From the NCBI RefSeq assembly GCF_964188315.1, contig NC_135662.1, forward strand, positions 42,532,001 to 42,596,000: DNA of 64,000 nucleotides, given 5' to 3'. Shown in pieces: positions 1-11,642 of this stretch. Each line of letters begins with the position of its first letter. Position 1 is the stretch's first letter. A model generated the notes under the pieces. It made no database searches. It was not told where the DNA came from and saw only the letters and a list, made by a program, of their open reading frames with translations. The position numbers and the translations under genes were made by a program. Source of the DNA: Podarcis muralis. Lineage: Eukaryota.

Positions 1-523
1 TGCAAAAACGTACACATTTGCAGAAAATTGAACTAAAATGCTGGTGAATTTTCATGATGACTTTTAAAAAATCAGTTCACAAACTATTGTGGAAATGTGA
101 ACAATTGATAACTGGAAAAGTGAGAAACTGAGACTGACAAATTCACCTATTCTTACTCAAACTTTATCCCTTTAGCCAGGAAAGGCCCAATGTGCATATG
201 TGTGTGGATTCTGGAGAATGGGAAATGTGTCCTTTCCCTCTTTCCTTCTTCCTGAAACATCCCAGTATAGAGTGGAGGGTTGTTGTTTCTTAACCTCATA
301 GCATGCTTCCCACCCCCCTCACCAGCAGCCTAATACCTCACACTCTGGGATTACTATATGTTGTTTGTGTACTATATTTTCTTTTCCCCATAAACTCCAT
401 TTTCCTCCCCACCCCCCACTTCAACAAACACTTGCATATGTTCTAGAAGCTCAGAGGTCTGCTTCTGGCCATTAAAAAAAGCCATGTTCTTTTTCTTTTC
501 ATATGCCAACTTAGCTCTACATA

Positions 524-764
524 CAGTGGTACCTTGGTTTACAAACAGTCTGGTATGCATACGTTTTGGATTACAAACACGTCAAACCTGGAAGTGCGTG
601 TCCTGATTTGCAAACATATTTGGATTACAACCCATTTTTTGGGATTACGAACAAATTTTTTTTTTGGAAGCCCCATCGGCGAAAGCACGCCTTGGGTTAC
701 AACCTGTTTTGGTTTACAAAAGGACCTCCGGAATGGATTATGGTTGTAAACCAGGGTACCACTG
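524..764. mobile_element. Tc1/mariner-pogo (Tigger-like) MITE
   Basis: TIRs CAGTGGTACCTTGGTTTACAA / TTGTAAACCAGGGTACCACTG; TA on both sides (522-523, 765-766); non-coding. Confidence 0.85.
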
Positions 765-846
765 TACTTATATAAATGCACAATTAAAAGTGTGAACTGC
801 TTCCCTGGCCCTATGCTGTTATTTGTTTTCCTTTTCAACCCTGATA

Positions 847-1088
847 CAGTGGTACCTCGGGTTAAGTACTTAATTTGTTCTGGAGGTCCGTTCTTAACCT
901 GAAACTGTTTTTAACCTGAAGCACCACTTTAGCTAATGGGGCCTCCTACTGCTGCTGTGCCACCGGAGCACGATTTCTGTTCTCATCCTGAAGCAAAGTT
1001 CTTAACCTGAAGCACTATTTCTGGGTTAGCGGAGTCTGTAACCTGAAGCGTATGTAACCTGAAGCGTATGTAACCTGAGGTACCACTG
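847..1088. mobile_element. Tc1/mariner-pogo (Tigger-like) MITE
   Basis: TIRs CAGTGGTACCTCGGGTTA / TAACCTGAGGTACCACTG; TA flanks; internal repeats of AACCTGAAGC. Confidence 0.85.
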
Positions 1089-2155
1089 TACTGGATTTGG
1101 GTAGAAATCATAATAATGAAAACTCAAACCATGATGGTACATGGATTCCACATATAAGTGCATTAGTAGACATCAAGAAATAAACAGGATTCTGATCTAC
1201 TCATAAAGCAATTTTTTTTTCATGTTTTCATTAAGGCTTTGATACACAGGAAGCATTGGGCAGAAAGCTTTGCAAAATTAGTATTTGCGAAATCCTGTCT
1301 TGGGAACAAACTTATCGTTTCAGACTGCAAGACTGCCGATCCAGCATTTTTTATGATCAGCAAGACCCATTAAAATCATTAGTAAAACAAATCACTCTTA
1401 TCCCTCCCTCTTATTGTTTTGCCTAAATAAATCTTCTCTGGTTTATAAAAGGCAATTAGTCCTTGGCATCATGTCTCACAGCTGTTCCACTGCAGAAATC
1501 ATAAACACCAGCCCTGCCATCTCTTAAAGCAGCCTTAACAGTTAGAGCACAGATCTGCATGTCAGTTCCTGTGCTTTAGTGCATAATGTGGATGAGAAAT
1601 GAGCCTGGCTGCACTCCTCAATCATAGCATAGTTTAGTAGTTTTACAATAAACATATATATCCCAAATCCTATTTTAACCAATGAGCATCATCATGACAG
1701 GAGAAGGTTATTGGGTTTTTTTTTTGTTCTTATTATGATATGTATTTTGTATTTTCATTTTGTATTTTTATGCTGTAAACTGCCCTGTGATCTTCAGAAG
1801 AAGGATGGTATTAATTAACTAAACAATTAATTAAAATCAATCATCACCATGCATCACAATTAAAAACAGCAGAGACCCTGCCTGCAGACTTGCAATTTGT
1901 TGATGGCTGGAAGGAGGCTAAGGATCGTCAGCAGGTGCTTATTCTTGCTTGCTAGCTTCTGCCAGTGGCAGCTTCTGCTCCCCACTAGTGGTGAGGAGGA
2001 GTTTCTGCTGTTGTGGTGACCCCAGCCATGCCCAGACACATAGAAAACTTCCACTGATAGGTCTATTGCCAGTGGCAGTAAATATAGAGCCCAGGTGTGT
2101 GGCAGGGCTATGTGCTAGGGGCTTTGAATCCACTCAGCCACACCATCCTAGATCT

Positions 2156-2521
2156 AAAAAGGTAAAGGTAAAGGTACCCCTGCCCGTACGGGCCAGTCTT
2201 GACAGACTCTAGGGTTGTGCGCCCATCTCACTCAAGAGGCCGGGGGCCAGCGCTGTCCAGAGACACTTCCGGGTCACGTGGCCAGCGTGACAAGCTGCAT
2301 CTGGCGAGCCAGCGCAGCACACGGAACGCCGTTTACCTTCCCGCCAGTAAGCGGTCCCTATTTATCTACTTGCACCTGGGAGTGCTTTCGAACTGCTAGG
2401 TTGGCAGGCGCTGGGACCGAGCAGCGGGAGCGCACCCCGCCGCGGGGATTCGAACCGCCGACCTTTCGATCGGCAAGCCCTAGGCACTGAGGCTTTAACC
2501 CACAGCGCCACCCGCGTCCCT
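2156..2521 (-). mobile_element. Sauria SINE, full length, young-looking
   Basis: Minus strand starts GGGACGCGGGTGGCGCTGTGGGTTAAAGCC with B-box GGTTCGAATCC and ends in an (ACCTTT)n tail; TSD ATCCTAGATCT at 2145-2155 and 2522-2532; CpG-rich. Confidence 0.93.
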
Positions 2522-3731
2522 ATCCTAGATCTGGTGTAGTGAAAAAGGAGAAAGAATCACCGCTTACCTTCCACCCTCAGCAGTGTGAGCTGGCAGGACT
2601 TGGGATGCAGCCGTAGACCAGTATTTCACGCTGCTCTGGAAATCAGTTTAAATTTATGAAAAGGATGTCTTGCTTCATCAATCTAGGGAGGAATGTTTAA
2701 TCAAGACGATTCTCTTTAAGATTAAATGATTCATCTCCAAGAAACATCCTGTCAGAATACAACATAATATTTCTATTAAATCTTTTGTGCTTAATAAAAT
2801 AATAGTCGAAAGACATTCTCCCCCCCACCCAAAACTATGCAAAAAGGGAGAAATTAACTGACTGATGACAATGATTTAAACACACATTTCAACAATCACT
2901 CAGTGCCATTTCCCCAATAATTATAACATGACTCCACAAGAAAGTTAAAACAGAACAGTGTTCTCCAGAAGCTGGCCATGCATGCTTATATGCAGAGGAG
3001 TCATCCGTTCTTAATACCAGGACATAAGCAACAACCTTACAGTGGAGATTGGCCCTTTAGAGCAGATGGGGCACCATCCCACCAATGTCAGTCTTGATTC
3101 CTCCAAGCCAACCTTCCTGCCTTCTTACTTAAAACCTGCTTCCTCATCCTTAATCCTGCTCTTGCCCTGGTAGAACTCACCAGGGAGAAGGATGGGAACA
3201 AAAATAGAATTAGTTGGCTTAACCTGCCACAACCACTGGCTCAGCTACTGCTGTTCTTTCTGTCTTCCATTCTGCCAGTCCCAGGAACCAACCACCACTG
3301 CACAAGAAGTTGTGTTTTTGTGAGTAGAAATGAGTGGACGTATACACATAACACGCGTCCAAAGACTCTGAAGTTTGAAATTGCCATGATTTATGGCGCC
3401 ACCTTGATCAACTGCAAGGCCATAGTTCTAATAATTGGTTAGAATTATAACAACTAAAAGTGATCTAGAGACCTGGCCATGCTTATATTAGAAATCTGTG
3501 AAATCTCTGGGATTTAAGTTACTCTAGGCATGACTTAGTCTGGATAAAATCCATTATTATTACGTGTTATAAAACATGGTTTGCTATTGGAGGACCTGGC
3601 TGAAAAATTGCACAGGCAAAAATCCAAGTGGTGGTGGTTTCAGTAACTGTTTCTCATGATGAGACCCTGATAAATGCTTCAGAGGTGCTCATGGGAACAC
3701 TTCAAAACAGAGTCTGACAATCAGTCTAAGG

Positions 3732-4108
3732 CAGGGATAGGGAACATGGGCCTTCCAAATGTTGTTGGACTCCATCTCCCATCAGCCCCAGACAGCATGG
3801 CCAAAGGTCAGGGATGATAAGAATTGTACAGTCGTACCTTGGTTGTCAAACGCCTTGGTACTCGTATGTTTTGGCTCCCGAACGCCAAAAACCTGGAAGT
3901 AAGTGTTCCAGTTTTTGAACGTTCTTAGGAAGCCGAACGTCCGACACAGCTTCCACAGCTTCCGACTGAGTGCAGGAAGCTCCTGCAGCCAATCAGAAGC
4001 CGCGCCTTGGTTTTCAAACAGTTCCAGGAGTTGAACTGACTCCCGGAATGGATTAAGTTTGACAACCAAGGTACCACTGTAGTCCAACAGCATCTAGAGG
4101 GCCTCCCT
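3732..4108. mobile_element. hAT-type fold-back MITE interrupted by a Tigger-like MITE
   Basis: CAGGGATAGGGAAC start, then CCTTCCAAATGTTGTTGGAC...CCCATC; the mirror arm GTCCAACAGCATCTAGAGGG resumes after the nested insert. Confidence 0.7.
3829..4079. mobile_element. Tigger-like MITE nested in a hAT MITE
   Basis: TIRs CAGTCGTACCTTGGTTGTCAAAC / GTTTGACAACCAAGGTACCACTG; TA duplication at 3827-3828 and 4080-4081. Confidence 0.85.
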
Positions 4109-6684
4109 TGGTCTAGGGAGATCCAGGCAGCTATACTACCTGGCCCAAATTCAAACTATCTGTGAGAGGAGCCTACTGGCAAAAGGGTAAAAGGCATATA
4201 GGAAAAGAGGAGATGGTCAGCATTCACGACATTTCTTGACTGTAAAACATGGCAGTGTTCACAAGCATCCCCAGAGCAAAATCCAAAAACCTCCAATTCT
4301 CCTTGATCAAATGATTGTTTTAGGATGCTCTGTGAGGTTTCTGTAATTTCATTTTATATTTATGGCAAATGAAACCTCTTGCTGTTTTTCTTCTCCATTA
4401 CAGTCTGTGAATGTGCCTAATAAATATTGGGAGAAATGTGTAGGGGATGCAGCCTCAGATATTCCCACCCCTGAAGAAGTGAAGGAAATAGGAAATGAAG
4501 AGAAAGATAAACAAAATGAGACAAGACAGTGAGATAGTCACTGTTTTTTTAAAATGATCACCCTGCAGTCTAGTTTTTCTAGCATCTATCCCTCATGTGC
4601 AATCTATTGGTGATCATAATATATATATATCCCAAACACAGAAAAAACATGATGTGCTTTAGAAAACCCAGATGTATCAGACTCTTTTATGGAAGAGGAG
4701 AAATTAAATGCCAGGTGGTCTCATCAGTTTTAACTGCAAGCAGATTGACCTTTACATTAGGTCATAATGTGAAAATCATTGTTCATGTGTGCTAGATAAT
4801 CCACGCCTTTCTTTAAGCTCAATGCTGTTTCCATTTCAGCACATTTTCCATTATTTTTAGAATGGCATCAAATCCTGCTTTCCTATTACTGGGTTGACAT
4901 CTCAGCAAATATGGATGGTTATTTTAATAGCAGGCTTTGGGAGTGTGTGGGATGTCACAAGGGGCCTATCTCTGAGCTCTCTAGAAAACCAGGAGTCTTT
5001 CCAGGCAACAAAGGGGCACAACGTTTGGAAAGGCACATCTGTATTGTTAGTTGCAAACTGTTATGGTGCTGTTGTTATTGCCACTTTCTCTGCCGCAGTA
5101 ACATGGAGTGGGAATAATTAGAAACTGGGGGCATGAAAACGGCCCATTTTGTAGAGTGAAAGGAAAGAGTATTCAAACTACCAAATCAGGGCACACTTTT
5201 ACCTGCCTCTGAAATATAAAGCATGGAATGTTCTTCGGCAATAGCATGATACATTATTACACATCCAACTGGTCATACTAGAATTAAAATTTAAACATTG
5301 TATTTGAAGTTCAACTAATGACAATATATTTCAGTTATCTGTCGCCTTTTTTGTGTAACAATACATCAGATATGCTAAAACCAGGGATGGGCACTGAAAA
5401 TTAGGACCCCTTTCTGCATTATGTAAGCAATTTTTCCCTGTTTAAAAAAAGCAGCCACACATAGTGGTTGGGGTTGGGAATGTGGGCGGATTTGGATTGG
5501 GCTATGGTGATTAGGTCCAGTCCTTCACACTGTTTCCTTAGTGGAAATCACACCCAGCCAGCTGCTGTAAGCCACAAAGGGAACCTGGCCTTATTTTCCA
5601 AGAAACCCCAGCGAACCTGCATGCATCTGGGGCTGGAGAAAGTGTGGGCTGGAGAAGGAGGGAGTATGCTTTTCTCCTCCCTCCTCTCAAAGTTGTCAAT
5701 AAACTGCAACTTCAGAGTAACCTTCTCTAGGGGGTTGCAAATCCCGAGCCCTCTCCCTTTCTAGAGAACAAAGGGATAAAGGAACTAAGTAACAGCTCCA
5801 CAATGATTTTCTGATTTTAGTTCTTCAGAATGCTTTAGATTCAGGAAAGAATTTATTAAACAACATCTCATAGCGGTAGCAAGTGATTAATGAAGCAATT
5901 GATTGTTCAGAAGAAACTATATCCAGATCTTGTCAGTCAGATTGATTATGCAAAAAAGATAAACTATAGGAGGTGGCTCAGCCTCCTATAGTTCATACTC
6001 TTTTTGAGTTGGAGCTTCCCTCTGAGAATTTTTATAAAATAAATGTTCTGGTTGTTTTAAATCTACCACCCTCCTGACAATTTGGATGACTGAGGAAAAA
6101 GTATGTTATTTATTCCTTAAATTGATATTCTGCCGTTCCTCCCCAAAGAGCCGAGGGTGGCAAACAACAAGTGATAAAATATATATTTTAAAAACCCTTA
6201 CATTTACCTACTGGTATGTTTGCTACTCTGCAGTCTTCGATGCCAGCTAGTTCAGAGGATTCCAGTTTTTCAGAGGGAAAACGGAGCCAGGGAAAGAATT
6301 CTGGGCTTGCCTCTTTGTATAGGGTCCTGCTAATGCGGAATGCAAAATTCTTTATCTTTTGCGGAATGCAAAATTATTTTAGCCCTTTCATTGGTTTCTC
6401 AAGGTGTGTGGGCCAGAAAGGGGATGCTCTCACTTGGATCCACCTTTCTTTATTGTTGCTTTGCCACTATTGCTAGGAAGAGGAGGGAATTGTTTGAGAC
6501 CAGAAAGCTCATTTGCCCTACTCCCAGTGGTCCTGCCAGCCTTTCTATCAACAATGTGTGGCATGATGTGGTTTCCACAGTGCTGTTGGTTTGTTTGTTT
6601 TTATTGCATTCCTATATACTGCTTTTCTGCAGGGCATCCTAGGTGTTTTACAATTTTAAAAGCACTAAAACAAATGATATAAAA

Positions 6685-6820
6685 CAGGCTCCCTCAACCT
6701 TGGCCCTCCAGATGTTTTGAGACTACAATTCCCATCATCCCTGACCACTGGTCCTGCTAGCTAGGGATCATGGGAGTTGTAGGCCAAAAACATCTGGAGG
6801 GCTGAGGTAGAGGAAGCCTG
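6685..6820. mobile_element. hAT MITE (palindromic)
   Basis: TIRs CAGGCTCCCTCAACCT / AGGTAGAGGAAGCCTG; 8-bp TSD ATATAAAA at 6677-6684 and 6821-6828. Confidence 0.9.
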
Positions 6821-6859
6821 ATATAAAATGTAAAGTTGGCAGAGGGAAGGGCACTGTCT

Positions 6860-7278
6860 CATACCCTCCAACATTTCTTTGATAAAAATAGGGACGTCCC
6901 ATTCCATAATGATAATATTATTATTTATACCCCACACATCTTACTAGGTTGGCCCAGCCACTCTGGGAAGCTTCCAACATATGTAAAAACATAATAAAAC
7001 ATTAAACATTAAAAAAGCTTCCTTATACAGTACAAGATTGCCTTCAGATAGCTTGGGGGTCGGATAACTCCCCATACCCTCCAACATTTCTCCAATGTTT
7101 TCTGTGAACTGTCCTGAGACCTCCGGTTATAGGGTGGTATATAAATTCAAATAACAAGAATAACAACAACAATAGGGCCATCCTAAGGAAAACTGGGATA
7201 TTCCGGGATCAAATCAGAAACTGGGACATCTTCAAAATCAGGGACGTCTCTGGAAAATAGGGAAACTTGGAGGGTCTG
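6860..7278 (+). mobile_element. Composite MITE (CATACCCTCCAA termini) carrying an antisense L2 3' tail
   Basis: CATACCCTCCAACATTTC occurs twice (6860, ~7072) around an antisense L2 3'-end; right end TTGGAGGGTCTG; near-TSD CTGTCT/ATGTCT; a further LINE tail inserted at ~7097-7170; same layout at 34791-35132. Confidence 0.75.
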
Positions 7279-7303
7279 ATGTCTGGCTGTGGAAGGCCCT
7301 GAT

Positions 7304-7411
7304 GTGATCTTTGCCTGCCTCCTTCACACAGGGCAAGTGGTATCCACTGGCCCTGGGGTGATCTTTGCCTGCCTCCTTCACACAGGGCAAGTGGTATCCA
7401 CTGGCCCTGGG
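7304..7411. repeat. Perfect 54-bp tandem duplication
   Basis: GTGATCTTTGCCTGCCTCCTTCACACAGGGCAAGTGGTATCCACTGGCCCTGGG at 7304-7357 and 7358-7411. Confidence 0.92.
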
Positions 7412-7465
7412 GTGGGGTGGGGGAAACAGTCTGACTAGGGTAGGCCCTCATCTTGTCTTTGCCAG

Positions 7466-7826
7466 TGTCAGGGAACTGCCATCGGCTCAGGGGGGAGAGG
7501 GGAAAAGCCGGATGGATTACAGAGAGCTCCCAAAGATCATGGGAAGCAGCTCATCCTCAGCGGAGGAGAGTAACCACGCCTCCAGTGAAGAGGAGCTTCA
7601 GGGCTCGGAGGAGGCGAGGCAGTGCCAGGACACCTTGCCTGGGCAAAGCGGGGAGGAGAGAGGTCCTCCGTTACCCACACCCTCCTTGCGCACTAAGCTT
7701 TCGCGCCGAGAGGGGAGGCGCAGATTGGGCGTCAAGAAATTACTTTGCTGGGGAAGGTTTAAGGACTGCCCACTCACGGATTCTGCCAGTGAATGAGCCA
7801 GCCACAGGAGAGTGGCGCTCTGGACA
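7466..7826 (+). mobile_element. LTR-like fragment, family 2 (TGTCAGGGA start) with an acidic/Pro/Arg-rich frame
   Basis: Starts TGTCAGGGAAC like 31028 and the inverted copy ending 31574; open frame 7467-7796; 3' boundary uncertain. Confidence 0.55.
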
Positions 7827-10061
7827 GATAAAGTTTATTTTGGCATCAAAAGCAAGGCTTCACAGCCAAGCAGGGAGTCATTTGCCCGCTTGCTCTCAAG
7901 CAACCCCTTGGAACCCTAACAGCCAGCCTCCTTTGCTTTGCCTTCAGCATGGCCAAAAATATGCTGCTTCTTAAGGGAAGGAGTCATAATTCTGCTCATT
8001 TTAATTACACGCCTAAAGTAATCTTATGGATTCTCTCCTTAGAGCTTTCTTTTGCTTAACCAATGAACTTTCCAATTGCTAGAGGTCAACAGGATGTGAC
8101 AAAACGCCTGCCAATGCTAGCAAGAAATGGCATGAGGGCCTTGCTCCATAGCTGGTTATTATGCCGTTCATTTCTAGTTACATTTAATTTTTAAAAAGAA
8201 TCACACATCTTATCATTTGGCAATTAGGAGATCCCAGATGATAGCGAGAGAATTTATTAAAATGTATCCCGCTGACTTCAGGATGAAGACAATGAAATAT
8301 GCAGATACTGTTGCTTTTAATTACACCAATAAAATAATCTTCTGGTCTCTTTCTCTCTTAAGACATTTCTTCTGCAATGGATTTTCCAGTTGCTACAGGC
8401 CAACTGGAAGTGGTGAAAATTTGTTAATTTAAAGATGTTTTATTAATGGCTGCAGAATGTAAAGAACAAATCATTGGAATGGATTGGGATTTGGTACTCA
8501 GTCAGTGCTTTCTGTCACAACAGGAAAAGAAGTGGATGACTGCAGATCTGAAAATCCCATCCGCAATAAAGAAATGTATTATTCTCTCTAGAATGGAACT
8601 GCAAAGAAGTACTCCTGAATTTTGAATTAGATGAGGATGATAAAAATGGATTATTGGAGGACTCTGAAAGCCCTGAGGATCCCATCTCCAGTCCATCCCA
8701 GTTACAAATCGGGGGAGGGGGGGGGGGAAAAGAAACCCTTTGCACAGCCCTTCACCTAAGTGGATCCAGATGAATCTTCCCCTGAATACCCTACTCTGCC
8801 CACTGATCCTTGGAATTAGGGATGTCCTGACCAGTGGAACAATAATAAAAGTGAGAAGCTCTGTTCAACACCTTCAGTACCCAGCACCTTCACTACCTAC
8901 TTCCTGTGACCCACCAATGGTCCAGCAAACAGGAATATGGGGAGGGAGTGGCAGTCAGAGGCGAAGCATATGCCTGCACTGGCCAGGGTGGGTGTGCTCC
9001 TGAGAGCGATGTGGCGCGGAGGGTGCCCTCCCAGGCACGGGATGCCTGGAGTTGCGCATGTGCCCTGTAGCCAGGGGCGGAGCGAGCTGCCCACGGGGGC
9101 GGAGCAAGCCACCCATGCCGGACATTCGATGCACCACCCGTGATTCCTAAGCCTCCCCCAAGCTGTCAAAATGAAGGGGGAAGGGGGGAATGTCACCAGC
9201 AAAGCAGCACAGCTCCCCCCTTACCCCCATGGCTCGGGGTGGGCTTGGAAGTCACGGACGGGTGGTGTCGCTCCTCCTGCTTTTAGACTGGCAATGAAGA
9301 AGAAAGCTCCCCAAAACTTTCTTAACCATTGAACTCAGGTGAGGTCAAAGATCTGGGTCATATCTGGGGCCACACATTACAACCGTTCACTAGTTTTCAG
9401 GGCTACATGGTGCAGTATGTCAAGTCATCACATCTAAATCTTAAAAATTCAGAGAAAGATGGATTAAACTCAGTGTCTCATATAGCACTCATGTCTCTAG
9501 GGATGGAAAAGCATTTTGTGTGGAGTCTACTAGGATGCATTTGACCTCATACATATTAGACTTGCTGCAATGAGAAAAAGTGATTTATTGCAGGAGTTAG
9601 TTCCTTGTATTCACACTTTAGCAAAATGCCCATGCACAGTGCCTTCTACCAAGACAATAATGTGATCATTGTCTCCTAATACTATATTATGTCAGCAGCT
9701 GAGCCCTCAACCCATATTTATTCTATTATACTCCTTCAGCATTTCCCTCAGTTGGGGATACAATGTTCCCCTTTCCTTCTCTTATTTTTATGCTTTAAAT
9801 CTAAAAGATTAATGGCTATCCATACCTGTATCTTATTACATTTGTAATTTTAGCATTGCAGCTTTCTGGTATATTCATGGCAGAGGACTGTGCTGCCTTA
9901 TGCTGGTATATTATGCAGAACACATCCTGCTATGTATGGGATTCAAACAGCCTCTTTTATTGCCCCCCTCCCATATGCATATTAGGGTAGGAACTGTACA
10001 CCTTTTTACCCCAACTTTCCTATTACAAGATATACTCAGCTTTAGAGTATACCCTGATTTA

Positions 10062-10630
10062 GAGGGATGTGTGAATCTGTCTGTTTTGCTGTGTTTCTAA
10101 TTTTTTTTCAGTTGTAAGTTCAGTTCTCCATATTTTTACCAGTTTCTTTTTTAAAAGTCCTCATAAAAAAATTATCAAATTTTAGTACAAATTTTCCTAA
10201 TATGCATGTTTGCCCAATATATACATCTTTGCAAAGCAATTTCCGCTAATACAATGCTGTTTTGTATGTTCTGTTAACCAGTGCTCCCCCCCAAAAAAAA
10301 TATATGTTTAGGGGTTATCTCATTTTCCTACTCATATTGAAAAACTGCCCCTCAATGAGGCCAAACTTAGATTCACAAAATGTTTAGGGGTAGGTGTACC
10401 CCTGCATACCCCCAGAAAAAAGCACTGCTGTTAACTAATACATGCATTTTTATGCAGACTTTACCCAGGAGTACGTATTTCTGTATGTGTTACTTGACTG
10501 GAGAACTGCATTGCAAAATTTGGAAAAGTGCAAATTTCAAAGACCGCCTGTGCTTCTGTTTGTGTATTGTTTCAGAAAATGTGAATTAGGTATGTTTGCC
10601 TATAAATGTGAACTGAATTGACTTTCTCCC
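10062..10630. mobile_element. Old AGGGATG-type non-autonomous DNA transposon, interrupted
   Basis: AGGGATGTGTGAATCTGTC...GAACTGAATTGACTTTCTCCCC; similar degenerate blocks at ~29370-29490 and ~63148-63320; boundaries approximate. Confidence 0.5.
10279..10427. mobile_element. hAT MITE (CAGTGCT...AGCACTG) nested in an older element
   Basis: TIR CAGTGCT/AGCACTG; 8-bp TSD CTGTTAAC at 10271-10278 and 10428-10435. Confidence 0.88.
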
Positions 10631-11595
10631 CCACTCCTACTAGCTGGCCCATCATTCAGGCAAGTTCCTACTCTTTCCCACCCCAAATTTTCAGTTCTCA
10701 AATAAAGGTAAACAACTGGCAGCCTTCCAACTGGGTGTTAACATTTAGTATCTGTCTTCCAGTCTTAAAGTAAGTACCCCATTTTATTAACTTCTCTTCT
10801 CCCCATTTCCCCCATTTTAAAAGAGCACTTGATTCTCACTGGTCTGGACATAAGCACATTAAAGTACCTTTGGATTGTGTCCAAATAGTTTTATGATGTT
10901 GTAAGGGCAAGCTCCACATAATGTAGAACCTGTTTCAGGCCCATTAATCTAAAAGAAACCAACCAGCCTGGGTCATGTCTGGAAATAGCTTCAAAATTGT
11001 TTCCTATCGGATAGAGAATTGTATTTTCTCCCAGCTCAATGCTTCTTTGAAGCTTGCAAAGCTCTGAGCAAATGAGAGAGAAATACACCCATGTTGTATC
11101 TTTGATACAGGCGTGTTGTAGTTCCTCCCTCTCTCCCTAATAAAATAAAGTGAAAGAAGAAAAGTTAAAATATAGGTAGACAGCATATATATAGCCCATG
11201 GAGAGAAGGCAACATTACACCATGAGTGATGAAAGGAATTATTATTATTTTGTTCAAGTAGTCCTCAAAATGTCATTTGTCCTGATGGCAAATGATTTTA
11301 TTCTGGCTTCTGGTATATTCAAACCAGGAGACTAGGGCCAAACTATACGTGTGGTTATTAATGTGGTTTGCCCTTGAATGCACTATTTTTCTTTCACACA
11401 TTGCTGGCATGGCAATTCTGATTTGATTCAGGACCCTGCTAGGGGAGATGTGGGACCAAGGGGGATTTAATCCTTCACCTTGCACTGCAGTCCTAATCCC
11501 CCTGCATCAATTTGCATTGGAAAGGAGAATGACAATGGGAGCTGTTTTGGTAATGTAAGTAGCAGGCATAGGATCCCCGATCTGGATTGGGACCA

Positions 11596-11642
11596 GTGTG
11601 TGTGTGTGTTTGTGTGTGTTTGTGTTTGTGTGTGTGTGTGTG
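11596..11642. repeat. (GT)n microsatellite, interrupted
   Basis: Direct reading of sequence. Confidence 0.95.

Noticed and set aside
8590-8720. Acidic frame WNCKEVLLNFELDEDDKNGLLEDSESPEDP after a TCTCTAG acceptor-like site
   Set aside because: No nearby donor and no recognisable protein; nearby MKYADT (~8290) is too weak to call an RT motif.
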